From the NCBI GenBank assembly GCA_051047955.1, contig JBPGPT010000007.1:372001-436000 (forward strand): a DNA stretch of 64,000 nt, given 5' to 3'. A model generated the notes under the pieces. That model was not told the origin of the DNA. It ran no database searches and saw only the letters and a program-made list of their open reading frames with translations. Positions 13,682-28,503 of the stretch are shown here, one piece after another. Position 1 is the first letter of the stretch; the number at the start of each line of letters is the position of its first letter. Made by a program: the position numbers and the translations under genes. The DNA is from Cystobasidiomycetes sp. EMM_F5. Taxonomy: Eukaryota.

Positions 13682-15381
13682 ATGGTCAGCGAACAACAAT
13701 ATGTCCCGTCGTGCGCTCAGACTGACGGCTAAGTTGGCTACTCTACGCGTTTCCAGCCTGCTCGAAGGCGTCGCGTGAGTGACTTACAAACACCAAACAC
13801 GCAGCAGGGCGATGGAGATTGGGCCTGATTACCACTATCATACGCAGGACGACGACGACGATGGTAGCGAGGAGCTCGACGAATTGGAACGTGCAGAACT
13901 GGCCATCGAATCGTCAACAAGACGGAAGAGCAAAGGCAAGTCCAAGGGAAAGGAAAGACGACGGAGAAGCAACGAATCAGAACAGGAAGAGGAGGAGGAA
14001 GAGGATGATGATGGCATGGACGGAGACGCGTCGCATGCAGCCGGGAGAAAAGGCAAGCTGTCCAGTGCGGTGAGTGTAAAGGTTATCATTCTTGTATGCG
14101 GTACATTCACTGAAACAACGGTCACAGGACCTCGAATCAAAAGCTCACGACCTAGTGCGGTATGCAATCTGCAACGAAATCTCGCACAAACTCCTTCAAC
14201 GCGCGGACATCAACAAGAAAGGTACATAATGCTACCTACACAACTTACAACAGAGCGAGACTGATCATTGTATCCGCAGTGCTCGCAGGCGCGTCGCGGT
14301 CGTTCGCACAGGTGTTCGAAGCTGCAAACAAGATGCTACGTAATGATTTCGGAATGGAGTTGGTCGAGATTGTGCCTCGACCTCCTGCAGAGGACCCGTT
14401 CGCTAAAGCCAAAGTGACAGCCCAATCCAAGAAACGCACGGATAATCAAGACAATGCAGATGCCTCGTCCGGATCAGAAGATGAAGGAGGAAAGAAGAAG
14501 AAGAAGCCAAAGAAGGGTGGGGATACTACGACGAGCAAGAAACTGCCTGCCAAGCAGTTCTGTCTTCGGACTTGCCTACCAGACGTGGTGATCCAAGCGA
14601 GTGCCGTGTCCAACGATGGAGAAGACGTTGATGACGCGATGACTGCCCGACGTAACAAAGACGTTGAGGTTGCGCTTGGAAAGGCTGCGCCAGATGAGCT
14701 CAAGGACTGGAAGCGGAGCGACGACGCTATCCTCGATTGGCAGACTGGTCCAGATCAACGCACTCTCATGGGTATACTATACGTCGTTCTGGCTCTAATT
14801 CTCGTAAATGAGCGGGTTTTGACGGATGGTAAGATGGTACTGTCATCCTAAACTGTATTCTTACTGATGAGGGAGCCTGCGTCGTCATAGACCGGCTTGT
14901 CACTCATCTAAAGAAATTAGATCTGGCATTGGACACGCCTTTACCCGTTACCGTAGGGGCTTTGCGGGCAGAAAAGCTCACAGTCAACACGTTCCTTTCG
15001 ACCTTGATCAAACAAGGCTATCTCGAGAAGAGTAAGCTGGCTGCGTCTGGAGATCAGACGAAAGGCGGCAAAGGAGGCGCTACACAGACGCAACGAGTAC
15101 GGGCTACGCAGGCCACTCAAAGGCAGACTCAGGTAGAACGGGATGACGGGCAGGGTGCAGGTGAAGCCGACGAGGAATGGCGATGGGGTCCAAGATCGGA
15201 CGTTGAGGTTGGGGAACAGGGCATTGCCGAGTTCATTGCGACCTTCTTCCACGATCACGCACGCGAGCGCGGCGCAAATAATCGCTCGCAAGCTGCTCTG
15301 ATGAAGGACATCGAGAAAGGCGCAAGCGGAGGCATCTCTGACAAAGGTGGTCTCAAGGCTGCCAGACGTGCTGCCCTCTGA
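13682..15381 (+). CDS. NSE3: Nse3/MAGE-domain subunit of the Smc5/6 complex; start approximate
   Basis: DLVRYAI...RADINKK/VL...RSFAQVFEAANKMLRNDFGMELVE; GILYVVLALILVN; LIKQGYL; EWRWGPRSDVEVGEQGIAEFI. Confidence 0.85.
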
Positions 15382-15525
15382 TCCACTTTCCTCGACAATC
15401 ACAATGAGTACAGCTTTTGTTTTGACCTGTATGCCACTTTGCTGTCCCTTCCCGTTCCGCAATGCTATAACGAGCTTTGACTGCCATACTTTATGAAAAC
15501 AACAATAGCTACAGATTTTCGGATT

Positions 15526-18500
15526 TCACTCCAGTCGTCGCTGATTATTATATGCGATTACAACTCGCTCGATGTGCGAAAAGAGCCACAGGCGGCCTTC
15601 TTGTTCTTCTAGACGAATGAATGGACCGTTTGCGCCATCACGACGCAGTAAGGCAATACCCTTGTCTTCTAGACTTATAGACTGTAGATCGGCCAGCGAG
15701 ATGTGCCAAACGGATCGCAGCTTACTGATTCTTGCACTGATGATGGACTCTGTCGTAACGATGATGACATCGTCGGCCCCGCCGGGCTTGATCTCGATGT
15801 GTGCTACGTAATGTTCGTTGAAATACTTTGAATTTTCTAGATTCTTCAACCAGAATTGGCCGATCGCCTCTCTCTCGTTGTAAGGCTGCGAAGCGTGCGA
15901 CAGCATGTTAGGCGGATTCATGTCTTAAAAGGCATTCGCTGCGGTTTAGCTTACCCTCAGTACCTTATCAGCTGGTATTAACCGCGGCAGCCGCACTCGG
16001 TCAATGGGGGACTGCTCGAAAACGGTCGTCGTGTTGCGAATCCCTTCAGAGATATTACTCGCCATATCGAAAATACCGACCATAGGCTTGGTTGCCAAGC
16101 TAGCGAAGGTCCAAGATTAGCGGTAGTACTGATTGCGAATGGCCAGCCAGACTTACCCAACGACTCCTTTGCCGAGACCTTTGACGAAACCGGAAGCGCC
16201 ACTTGCCTCTGCACCGTCTACTGGCTGGGTCTGCACGCAGTAGTGCACAAAGAAACCTCAGCACACTCGTCATGATTTATCTCAGTAAGGTCGAACACTC
16301 ACTACAAGCCCGGTGATCCCGCTACCCACGCTGTTGAGGAATGAGCCGGTACCGGAAGCAAAGCCGTACAAAGCATGTCTAGGTTTGTTGCGGTGCTGCC
16401 GGATTCGCCGTTGCGATTGGAATCGCTTGTCGAGGGTCGCCGCGGACAGGCCTTTGCCAATACTGCCAGTCACCTTTGTCACGCTGTCGGTGACTCCAAA
16501 GACGGTCTTCTTGACAAAACTGCCAGCTCCCCGGGCAAGACCTGCACCGAAGTCGCGGAACTCTACGACCCCCTCCGTTGGTTCATAGAATAAGTCGGCG
16601 ACGCCCGAGGATACGTTACTGAAGAGTCCAATTGGGTTGCCTAGGAAGTCAGCAGAACCGACAACCCGGTACACTTGAGAAGTGATGCCTTGGCGATAAT
16701 GCAGCATGATACGCTGCGCCAAAACAGCAAAAGACAACCGCACGTCATTGATGATGAGAGCATTGAGTCTGATGGGCGCCTCGTTGACGTTGCCGATAGC
16801 CATAGTCACGGCGTTGAGGAAGTAGGCGACCGCATTGCGATTACCGGCGAAAATGTCTTGTTCGCTGCTTAGTCTTTCGGTTCGCATGAAAGACACATCA
16901 ATCTGTACAGGCTGGAGTTGCAGGTCCTCGAAATAGACTTCTGTACTCTGTACCGCGGTAGGTGCGTCGGGCAGGTCACTCTCCGAACTGAACAATTGCC
17001 TGTGCCAAATGATCAGCGCAGACTCGACGCAGGATGTACGGAGGCCTACGAAGCCACTGTCGCGTCCGCGGTCCCTCTGAATTTGCTGAAATCCATCAGA
17101 CCGTAAAGGAAGTCTTCATCCACCTGAAGGGCCATTTTTTGCAGGAGAATACTTGCGTACTTGAAATACAGCACGCCATGAGCTGTAGTAGGGTGTGACG
17201 TGCGTCTGCGTCAGCAACCAAATTGTCCGAACACGCATTGTAAGCCGACCTTTGTCCTTCATTAGCACCACGGACGCTTGCAGATTCGGCTGGACCTCGA
17301 CATCGTTGCCATTGATTTCGGTCGGATACAGAAGTTGCGGGTACATACAGCCAAACAGTTGGTTGTCCATCTGTATCCAATGTATACTGAAGCTAACAGA
17401 TTGACTGTTAGCAGAGTCGCCGTATGAAAATTTGATACCGCGGAAGGATGCGTAGAGTAGTTCGACCATTCGTGCGTTGATGACAGAAACGCCAAGGCCT
17501 TCGAAAGATAATGCAATGCTGAACGTTATCGGCAGCGCACTTTCTTTGACCTCGTATTCTGCAGTTGCGGAGCTTTGGCTGGACGTCCGTGTCATCGACA
17601 TACTGGTATCTCGACGTTGCAATCGATACAGACTGCTGTACTCATCGAAGGGGCTAATTTGCAGGATCTGGCAGTGGCCCTCGGCACTAATGTCAAGGGA
17701 AACTTCCTTTACCGTACGTCCAGTCTAGATGTATGGATTAGTTTCGGCAGCTTGAGACAGTTGCTCAAATTAACGTACACTGAATTTGAACGGGACCAGA
17801 CTGCCAATCTCCATAATGTTTAGATTACGAGACTGTCCATCAGGGCCGTCGAGTCGCAGCTCCTTGTTGGCTGCTGATGGCTCATCCCAAACGTACTCCA
17901 GCTCAGAATGAGGTGCGACCTTGTATCTCGGCCGCTTGGTGACTGTCCCTCTCACGATTGCCTGAGTCTGGAGGAGGAATTTTAGTTAACGATGCGGCTC
18001 AGAAGCAGTGCAATGAAGTCCCTTACGCCTTGAGTAATCTCAAAGTGGTGATCCGTCATATTGCGAATGAGCATTGGAGCACCGCGATCCTCGTGAACAA
18101 TCGTTATGAATACCACAGGACCGCTCAGCGCAACGTCAGCTCGAATGAGCGAGTGACCATCTTGTTCATCCCACAATCTCAGGTATGTCTCTCCGATGTT
18201 CAGCATCCTCACAGCAGGTGTCCTTTTCAATCATTTATCAATTACTGCAGGGTATAGAGTCGAGATGAGACACATACCATTTCTGGATATTTGGACGCCG
18301 TACTACAAGCAGGGGGTCGTCCGTTTTCGGAAGCCAGTGCAATGAGGCTCGTTCGTCTGGTTGCAAGATGACATCATATGTCATTGAGGAAGGTCGTACA
18401 GTGACCGGGAAACGCAGAGAATTCTTGATCACGAATCGCGGATAGAAGGTTATGACCTTTGTAAGCTTATACTAATATACATTGCGTCAGTGCCAGAGTC

Positions 18501-21500
18501 TGCATCGCGATATTAGCCTTACGTTGCCTGTTCCTTCCGTAACGTTGACGCCAATACGGATGGTTTCACTGCCAGAGGCGGAAGATAGAATTATTTCGGT
18601 ATCGGTTCCTATGGTCTCGAAGGACATTGGCTAGTTTATTGTGTCAGTTTAAATTGCATAGCACCGGCTTTTGACTTACCGCCGACCACTGAGCATTGTG
18701 TACTTGCAGGAGTACCCGGTTTCGAGCGTCTCTTGAGCCGAAAGAGAAAAGGAACGGTATCGAGCCGTTTTTGCGTTCATCCTCTGCAAGCATGTATCAG
18801 CTGGCACAACAACGACGTCGAATGAGTCACCACATACGCGACAAACATTCAAGACCGGCGACGGACTTGGCCGAGGAGAGCGTGGTCTTCGCCCGTAGAG
18901 CAAAGTCCAGCTCGGTCTTGTTCCTCACTATATAGGGACTGTAAATTTGAACTTTGAAAGCACCGCCGGAGGTTGGGAATCGTTCGTAATGCAATCGCAA
19001 GTCCAATTTCAGGCCGTCTCTATCTTCGAGTTGAAGCGAGTCCTCAACGGGGAGATCATCCGGATTATCAGTGTTAATGATGGAGAATTCGCTCCGCTTG
19101 AAAGGCGAATCTTGTATCTCGATGCTCAGGAGAAGGAGATGCGACAGCTCTGCGCTGTGTACCGGGCTAATGCCTCCTTTGCGAAGAAAACTCGACCAAT
19201 TGTGTTCACGATTCTTGTCGTACATTCGAAATCTTATGTCATATGGCAGCAGGTTTTCGATCTCTAGAGGAGCTCTTAGCCGCAAAGTCAATTTGGGATA
19301 CGTCCTGGAGGCGGTGTTAGGCGAATCTGTACGTCACAGAGCAGATGACTGACCGAAGAATCGGATCTCGAATATCATATTCAGCGAAAGCCTGGAATCT
19401 GAAGGCCGAATCTCTTTCGATAGACCTGCATGTGACAACCTGCGCCGGACGTGACATGAAGTCTTTCCACCGGTAAGCGCCTTGTGACCAGGCGTGACCG
19501 AAACCAGCTGTACGGCCCAACAATACATGTCTCTTTAGTCATACAGTAGAAGCATAGTCAGGCAAAGTCCCCTACGATCAGGTCGGAAGCGTATACGTTG
19601 GTGATAGGCTGCTTCAATTGGGACAGAGCATTCTTCTCCAGGAGCTGCGGTTGAAAGCTCGTCGTCAAATCACCTACGCGGAGCAATGCTACGCTGAACG
19701 TACCGATTTTGAATGTCGGAGAAGCCCTCTTGTTGTTCTCATCAATGATCACCATCTCGCTGGGCACTAAAGTGAGGTTTTCCACCTTGAATGTAGACCG
19801 GAATGTGACGACTTTGACGTTGTCGACCAACTTGCATTCGCACAATACACGATGAGTAATCCGATCCAGCTTTGGCTTCAATCGATATATCTGCTCTCCT
19901 TCGCGTTCGACAGAAATGTGCTTGACAGGTTCCCAGGCCGTGTGATCCAACCGCAATCCGACGGAGTTGTGCACGACTGAAGTCGTGGCAGACTCTCGCA
20001 TGGTACGCCAGTCGTCTAGCCGCCAATGTGCCTCCCCTCCGTCTTCAAGTCGTTTACCTGCTGCACTCGCATTCCGATTCCCAGTCTCCGCCCAAAAGGT
20101 GATCGGGTGTCCGGTACGATTGCGTATCAGAAAGGGGGCACTAGAGCCGCGGGATGTGCTTAAGACGTCCTCATGCATCTTACTATAAAGGGTTAGCGTC
20201 GTGATAGCCAGATCCACAAAAGTGTGAGTGACATTGAGCTCCAGCCGTCGCTTCGAGGTCACAGCGATCGCCATGCTCTGACGAGCCGATGCCTTGGTCG
20301 CCTATGATAACATCAGCCTCTACCATTGCCTGTGAGTACTTCCGCTTACTTGTATACTGAAGTCCCAGGGTTCCATTAGGGTTTCCCAGCGGGAATTCAG
20401 CAGATTATAGTAATTTATCGTTGGTGCAATTCTGACACCAGCCTTCATCTGAGGACGGGCGCTATTTAGCGTTCATGCACATCCGCACAGTGCGTCCTAC
20501 TCACATCTGCTGACCAGTCTTCAACGCGAGCTGTGAATTTCGCAGCTCTCACATCCAACATTGGCATTTCATGAAGATCGCTAATAAGAACCATCCTGAA
20601 GCCTCCGAATGCTGCTCGCAACTAGACAACGAACTCAGTCATGGTTTACTTATAATGACAGGTAACTTACAGTTTCACGAGTGACGATAAGTTCGGCTTG
20701 ATCCGGTCGCGCTGGCGTAGACACCCTTCGCTGCTGCTTTCCTTGATCCTGCTTCCCTGTCGCATTGGGTGCTGCCAGTTCGTCCACTTTGGCGAGATCT
20801 TTAGGTCGCTCTGCACCAGAGGATGAGAGTTCGATGGCTCGGCTGACTATCGAGCTGACAAGTCCTACATCGCGATTGGAAAGCCTTAGAATGATCATCT
20901 GTACATCGAGCTCGATGCTCGAGTTGCGCCCGCCATTCTCCTGGCGATTATCCATGGATAAATTTATATCGAAATCGTCCAAGATGCGCGCAGTTTCCTT
21001 TTGCTTGTCCATCTTACACAAAAAAATTCCAAGGTGGTCGACACTAAGGACTAAAGTGCCCTGCTGCGCAAGCTGAACTTGTCGGATAGACAGAACGATT
21101 GCTTCACTGTCGGTACGGGTCGGATCTGCCAGCAGCTTGATAGAAGCTGCTACAATATTGACACGGAATGCTAGACTACCGGTCGTTTGGCTCTCAGATA
21201 CCGTCTGAGCATTGTCTGCCGCGTTAAGATTATCGACTTCTACCGGACCTTGTGCCCCGGCATCTGTACGAAATGGAGTCATTGCGAAATCGAGCATCGC
21301 GAAAAGCGGGTCTAGGGAAAAAATCAAGGAAGGTGTATCGACAGTCACGTTGGCAACTGCGTTCTTGTCAGAGCCACCAGACATGGCATAGCTGGCCATG
21401 AGCTGGAAGCCTTTCTCCTTCGAAGCAGGGATAATCTCTCTGAAGCACGTCTCGTTTTCTGGACGGGTATCATGCACAGTCTGCGGGAAGAAAGTCGATT

Positions 21501-24500
21501 CGATGAGTAGGTATGTTGCGTTGGGGAGATTCACGCTTACAAAGGATCTGAGTAAGACTTCCGCTTCCATTGAGCCATTGCTGACCATCTTATACTTGAT
21601 ATCCGTCTCATTCAGCGAGAATCGGGCGAGGCTGTTGCTCTTCAACGTGTCAATACTGAAAGCATGGTCAGTGTAGATCTCCAGATAAATAGTCTTGACA
21701 GCAAAGGAGAACTCCAGTTTACTGAACAAGGGCACCTTCTCGCCTTGCTCGTTTATGGCAACTTTAGCAAGCTCCGGAAAGAGGTCCACGGTCTCCGACT
21801 CGTGGTGCTCGGACTTCTCAACCGGCAGCTTAGTCGAGATTGCGGTCGGCAGTGGCGCAGGAAGCTGAGCCTCTAGCTTCTCGTCTTCCAATATTTCGTC
21901 TTCAGTAGCTGCAAATGTTCTTGGTATCGTCTTCGATAAATCCATCAAGAAAGCGTACTGTGCCGCAGTGAGGTGCATTCTGACATCAGAGAGCTTTCCG
22001 ATGATCTATGAGTAGTGATGATAAGCTCAGCGATGTCTCTCCTTTACAATACCTTGACCGACCTCCGTATCTGGTTTTGAACCAACGCGCTTTTCTCCGG
22101 ATCCAACGTCTAACATGCTTATTTCAAATTTGAGGTCGACGTCGTTCAGCATATTGAGATCATTTTTCTGGCCTCCGACGTCTAAACTCGAGGATAAGCG
22201 GATCTTGCTGAGCGCCGCAGTGATATACGTCAGAGACGATTCATCCTTCCGCGAGAATCGATTTTTCAGACTGATTTCACCAAGGTTTGCAACGATGGAG
22301 TCCAGAGACTGTGGATGACGAGGGAACACTACGATGGGGGTGTGAACCAGGATATCATAATGCATTCGGTTGACTTGGTTTTGCAGCTCCGCCGCTTGTT
22401 GGGCAGCAGCGGCCGTGGTAGCATCGTATATTGCCTTCATGCGGCCGAATTTGGTGAGAAAACGAAGGATACGATGCATCGGCTCCTCCATGAACACAAA
22501 CTTGAATGATCCACTTCTGAGATAAACAAGGCTGTCATACGTCCGGTTTGCGCTGTCTTCAGGGTCGTACTTCTCGTACTGAAAGTCGGCTAAATTATCC
22601 CCGTCGATACTGAGAAGTTGTCGGTATGCAGTATAGTCAACATTGCTACAATCGTCTGTAAGCGAAAGATTGCCGAGTCGAGCTGCTACTCGCATCGTCG
22701 GTCCACGAAGAAGGATAGCAACGTCAGCAGCCTGCAATGACAACGTCGCAAGCTGCGTGCCGTCGTCATTCAAGATTGCACGAACTTCAGACAGCTTGAC
22801 CTTGACACGTAGCTTCTCTATGGGACCAGCGGCTTCCGGAGTCGCGTCTTGAGCTGTAATAGCCTTGAAATTGGCAGATGTGCTTTGTTCCAGGCTTTCT
22901 GCAGATTTGTCGATCTGCACTTGCGTCTGACTAGAATTACCGCTAGCGAAGGTGGTCATGATCCAGTCAAATAGCATGAGTATACTTGCGCGCGTTACCG
23001 TTAAGGTAATGGTGGACAGCTCAACATCAACGCTCTGGTTGTTGCCCTCGTGTACGGTCATAAAGTCGGGAGAATCCGGCTGTACGCGGGCATACTTAAT
23101 ACGAACCAGGTCTGTTGGCGTGCTTGATCCACCGTGAGCACCGGAAGAAACCAACTGGCGGAATTGCGAAGATGGTTCGACCATACAATCATCTATAATA
23201 AAGGCACCCAAGCTGAGCGCTACCTCCATGTCGTACGGGCGAAGGGCGAACGCGAAGTCGAAGGCGGTCAAGCTTGTGTTGACGAGAAGTCGGTCGATAT
23301 TGTCGACGAATGGATCCGATTTGTAGATTGATGCCTGTAGCTTCTCCACCCGAAATTTGAACTCAAACGTCTTCTGCAGGTAGTTAGAGTTCTATCATCG
23401 AACTTCACGTGTCAGTAATACGAGGCGTAGACGTTATACTTCCTACGACTCACGCCTTCCACGATATCTCCTGGGTCGTAAAACTGCTCGTCCTCATTGT
23501 TCTCCTTATCTTCGCCACCCTGGTCGTCCGTGTCGACAGCAGTAGACTCGCCCTGCTCATCCTCGTACTCAACATCGGTTTCCTCCCCGAGACTCAGCGC
23601 ATCATCGTCATCTAGATACAAGGGCGCGGTACGAAAGGCGTTTGACTCCCGTCGAAGTGATGCGGGACTTGCCGCATTTGGCTGGTCAGGCTTTGGCACC
23701 GGTCGAGATACGTTTGCCAAGGAAGTGTCTTCGGCCGAATCGAACTTGGGCAGTGCCACATCAATCATGCGCATCAAGCTCTTGTACTTTCTGTCACTGA
23801 GATGAACATGTAAATCCTGGAGACCGCCAGAGACTCGAAGCCGTGTCAGATTTGGTGCGTTTTGTACTATACAGGTCTCGGCCTGAAAGTTGATGTTGAT
23901 CTGCTCCAGTATATTGATGTGTGGGTCACTGCGTTCTTCAGACAGCAGCTTCATACAATCGTCAAGAGAAGGTCCCATGAGCAACTGTGCTTGCTTCAAG
24001 GCCACATGGTAGCTGTCGTACATCAGAGCTTCGAGTTGTTCGAAGTCCCGGTCCGTGTAGTGCTGCCTTTCCTTGGAACGAATTTCTGCGAGTTTCTGCT
24101 GCGGGACAAGGTTGCTTTCAACCTTGATGTAACCTGCATCGAGGACGACGTGTTGACAAGTCGCTTTGGTAACATCCTCAGGGATAATGATGATTGGCGC
24201 ATTCATATCGACTTGCAGATTGACCGTCTTGTGTGATTGTAGTGCAAATTCGAGTCCGGCACGCGTTTCCTTCCGAATACCATCCAGAGTTTGACTTGCC
24301 GCTTCAACGAGGGCATTGACGCTTTCCAGGTGACTTGCTGGCGGTTTGAAGAAACGGACAATCTCCTCAACGTAGCCGCGGTGATAGACGACTTCCATAT
24401 ATCGCATCCTGACTGTTAGAGCCGTATCTGCTTTCTCGTCTAAAGGCTTCTGCTCGAACTTGATATAGAAGAATGGCTCGTCTTTGCTATCGGCTACGTC

Positions 24501-26560
24501 GGTCTCCGCAATAGCGTGCTGGGCTGTATCCACAGGTCGGTCGGACGGATGGATGATGAAATCCCCATCTGTGAAATTTGATGTCTGCTTCACCCGTACA
24601 ATCTGCTTGTGTAAGGAGTTGTCGAGTGTTCCGTCTGTGACCGACATGCTTTGCAGCGCTAGAACAGCCTCCAAGTTATCTGGTCTTTGCAAAACATCTG
24701 CCGAAAAGGCGTCAAAGACGACCTTGATGAGTTCTGACTGACGACCATGAGGATCCCGCCGTAACGTGAAGCTTCCCGTATCTAATTTCGCTTTCACCCG
24801 AGCCTTCATTGTCTCTTTAGGTAGATCATAATCGGCCTTTATAGGTTGAGATTCGTCCCAGTCTATCGCATCGTACAGCTCCTTACGCTGTTCGTCGCTC
24901 AACAGATCTTGTGGCTGCTCGTCTTTTTTATGCGCGTCCGTCTTGCTTCCTCCCCAAACCCACCCCAGCCAACCTGAGCTGGACGAGCTCTTGCCTTTAC
25001 CTTGCGGTCCATCCTGCAACTCCTTCTGTTGTGCAGTTCTGTTTGCGGCAGCTTTGTCCTTCCGCAACTCCGATCTGGCGATCGATCTGTAGAAGCGAAT
25101 ATCGGGGTAGCTGAGTTTCTGCTCGAGCTCTTCCAGCGTGCGTTTGTCCTGTTTGCACAATGGGCATCTCAGCTGGCATCCAGTATGTACCGAGTCTATT
25201 CATACCTCTGGTGTCGACTCATTGCGCGCCTGAAGCTTGAAGGAGTAGATGTATAATTTGCGATCATCTCTCCGCTCTCGGAAATAGTCCCACGTCCATT
25301 TCCGATGGCGTTCCTTCACTTCCTGCAAGATTGCCGTTTGTGCAAAGTGAAAGAGTGCCCTGCTTTTATTTGCTTCGAGCTGTTGTGTTTGCGGTCTATA
25401 TTTCTGGTACTGGTTTCTGCGCGTGTAGAAATGTACGAGATCGAGCATACTCAACGCATCCCGATATTGCTCGTCGTCGATGGCAAATGCGAGCTCCTTG
25501 AAGAGCAGTTCGGCATCCATCTTTGGCGTATCCTTCTTGATATGGTGATACATCACTAATCGGCCCTCACCAGACACCGGTGCAAGGATGTATTGATGCA
25601 ATGGCTTGCCGACGGACTCGGCCCCATCACTGTCACTCTTGCCAATAGCCTCATTGAAGAGGCCGGTGGCTTCAGACGGCGGACGTCCGGCGAGCGAACC
25701 TGCATTAGAATCAAAGTAGATTGCCATCGAATCTAGACTGGCAATCTTGTGAATCCCTTGCTTGGAGTCGACGATAAACGTAGGCGTCCATTTCTCGTCG
25801 GCTGAGCGAACAGAGAAGCCTGCCAGGGTGAATCCGGCGGCGAAAGAGTGTCCAGGAACAGAGACATTGTCTTCGTATCTGATGTGAACATTCTTGACTG
25901 TAATTTGTATATTGTCCACTATACGATTGATGAGCGAGCTGACAAAGGACTCGTTCTTGGCCTCGTCTGCTGCAGACATGCCCGCGGATGGCTTTGTGGT
26001 GAGTAATTCTGCCGACTGCAGCTTCTCCATCTTGACAGCTTGCGCGCGACGCGCTTCGTCTTCCGGATCATAGTGGGCATCTGGTGACGCTAGCGTAGCG
26101 AGAAGATAGAGGTTTTCGATGAGGACTTGAACAGGCTTGCCTTTCAACTATCGTGCGTGCAAGAGTATAGCGTTGCCAAGTCCGCGTACGAGTAAACGTC
26201 GAATCCATCCAATATCGTCATCATCGTCAGGGCTATCTGAAAGCATACCATTCGCAGCACAGACTACTCACGTTTGACCACGGCACAGAGAGGGTGAGTT
26301 CACCTAGAAAGCCCTCCTTGACGTCAATGGGCAAATGAAACTTGTCGAGGGCCTCCTTCTTGAGTTTGAGATTCGACAGCTTTGTCGAGCCCGAGAATAT
26401 GCCAAACTTGAGGTCTTTCGAGTCTACACCTTCAAAGTAGAGGCCCAGAAACCGGTTCAGTACGCCTGCGACCACTGATTCGAGACTGTTGTGTGGATTA
26501 TCAGTCTATACAGGATCCTGCAGTGCCCGGCAATCCTGGCGAGCCAGTAACTTACACCAT
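15526..26560 (-). CDS. VPS13: VPS13 bridge-like lipid transfer protein (about 3,000+ aa, many exons)
   Basis: Chorein N-terminus MVLESVVAGVLNRFLG...LKLKKEALDKFHLP; VAB-region LRAPLEIENLLP; C-terminal GSADFLGNPIGLF, KKTVFGVTDS; PH-like end. Confidence 0.97.
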
Positions 26561-27052
26561 CTTTGCGAGTCTATCGATGCGATAACACTACTCAATATCC
26601 AAATCATGTATTCATGGCCATATCTCTCGTCGTCGACATCAGAGTTGGGTTCCCTCAAACGCAATGCAGTCGCAGCTCCTTGGTTGACGTCGCCTCAAAA
26701 CCTCGATCATCCCATGCTAACAGGTCCAGTTGCATCAAAGGACAGGCTTACAGATGCATCGACTTCTTTCTTGCATTATATGTAGGAGATGCCCGAGAAT
26801 GACTTCAAAGGATACCCTCCTCCGTTACAACAGATAATGAAGTAAATGCATACAGCCACTCATGGTCAACGGGGAGGATGTATTGCCTGTATCCTGCTGT
26901 CACTGTGCATGCAGAGTAGGAATGTCGAAGGTAAATGTGAGAGGAAGTGATGAGCCTCACAATTACGCATTTTGAATGTAGGAAGTGCCGAAAGTGGAGT
27001 GAGTAGATGCCACCAATCCGCAGCATTTGAGAATCTCGAATGACATGATATC

Positions 27053-28503
27053 TCACATTGACACACCACCATTGGGTCGCAGAGACGGGGTGAATGGAGT
27101 TCCAGGTGTAGCTGGGGTATTTGCACCTGATCTTGGCGCTTTGAGGACGCCCGACGGACCACACGTCTCATCAAAGAGCGCATCGGAAGCTAGACCCAAT
27201 CTGGTCATAGTCTCTGCCGTTTCCCCATTCGCCGGCTTTTGTTCGACACTGCCATTCGTCACAGACCGTCCCTTCACACCTTTTCCATTCGCAAGTGCAG
27301 CTTTGATATCTCGGGATTGAGACGTCTTCTTGTACGTCTTGCGGTAAAACGAGATGAAGAGCAGGAGATACGACGAGAGAATAGCGCACCCTTGTAGAGC
27401 AGCAAATTCCGAACCCGCACAGTCTCCTACAGCCGGATAGCCGTACTTGTGCGCAAAGTGGCAGTATGCTGACGAACCCAACAACTACATCAGTGCACTC
27501 TTCCATTGAGCATAAGCGTCTTGCGGACTTACTGCCAAAGTAGACCATGCCGAGATCAATGACAAACTGGGAAATCTGGAGGACCGTCACGTATCGCTTC
27601 CACCAGATCTTGTAGCCGGCTGCTGTTGCCCAGTAGTAGTAGTACATGATGACGTGAACGAGGAGATTGAGCGAGATGACAACCCAGGAGATGGAAGTTC
27701 CGCCGTTGAGCTGGGTGAAGCATAGTACGGCTGTAGCGGAGTGATGGTAGACGTGGAGGAAGGCTGGTAGTCAAACAGAAGTACGGGGAATGGATGTCGA
27801 TGAATGGGCGAGTGACAGCATCAGCACACACTCCTCCACCCACGCCGTCACTGTCCAAAGACCCACCGAGCGGCTTCTTCTTTACGACCAAAAAGAGAGT
27901 ATCTGCGAGTTCCCAGTACTTGAAGAGGTAGTTTACGATATAGTACGTCTCGAGCCTTGGAGTCCAAGATTTCGGGTTGCAAATTGCAAAAAAGATACCG
28001 TGCGTGTAGGCGATGGGAAGGACTTCGATGAGCATGAGAGCGAGGAGGAGGCCGGACCCGAAGGATAGTAGGAGATTGTGAATCTGGAAGAGGAGTGCGA
28101 ATTCTGTGTGCGCAATTAGTAGTGTAAGAGTGTATGATTGAGTCTTACATGACCCACTGAATGGCTTTCGCCCCTTCATCAGCTCTCGCCCTATCCACAG
28201 GGTCGACAGATATGCGACGACGGCGGCTGCGACCTGAGCGTCTGAGAATGACACACGATAAGCTGCTTCACTCGTCCCCCCCAGCAACAGCTACCACCCA
28301 CTCGTCGACATGGGAGACACGCCCGGAGTCCATCTGTACCACGCCGTGCTCGGCTGATATCTCTGCGGCACGCTGCGTATACCGTACGCTATCCAGCTGT
28401 GCATATCAAGAACACTCCCTGCTCTGCTCGACGTGCTGAATGCTCCAGACGAGGCGACTGGCAGCCTGACCCTCTGGCTCAACCACTCCCCTACCCTGTC
28501 CAT
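27053..28503 (-). CDS. Fatty-acid elongase (ELO/GNS1/SUR4 family)
   Basis: [39 protein letters not shown] motifs. Confidence 0.93.

Noticed and set aside
26148..26272. GATGATGA C-box-like motif in a longer VPS13 intron
   Set aside because: No downstream CTGA D box or terminal stem
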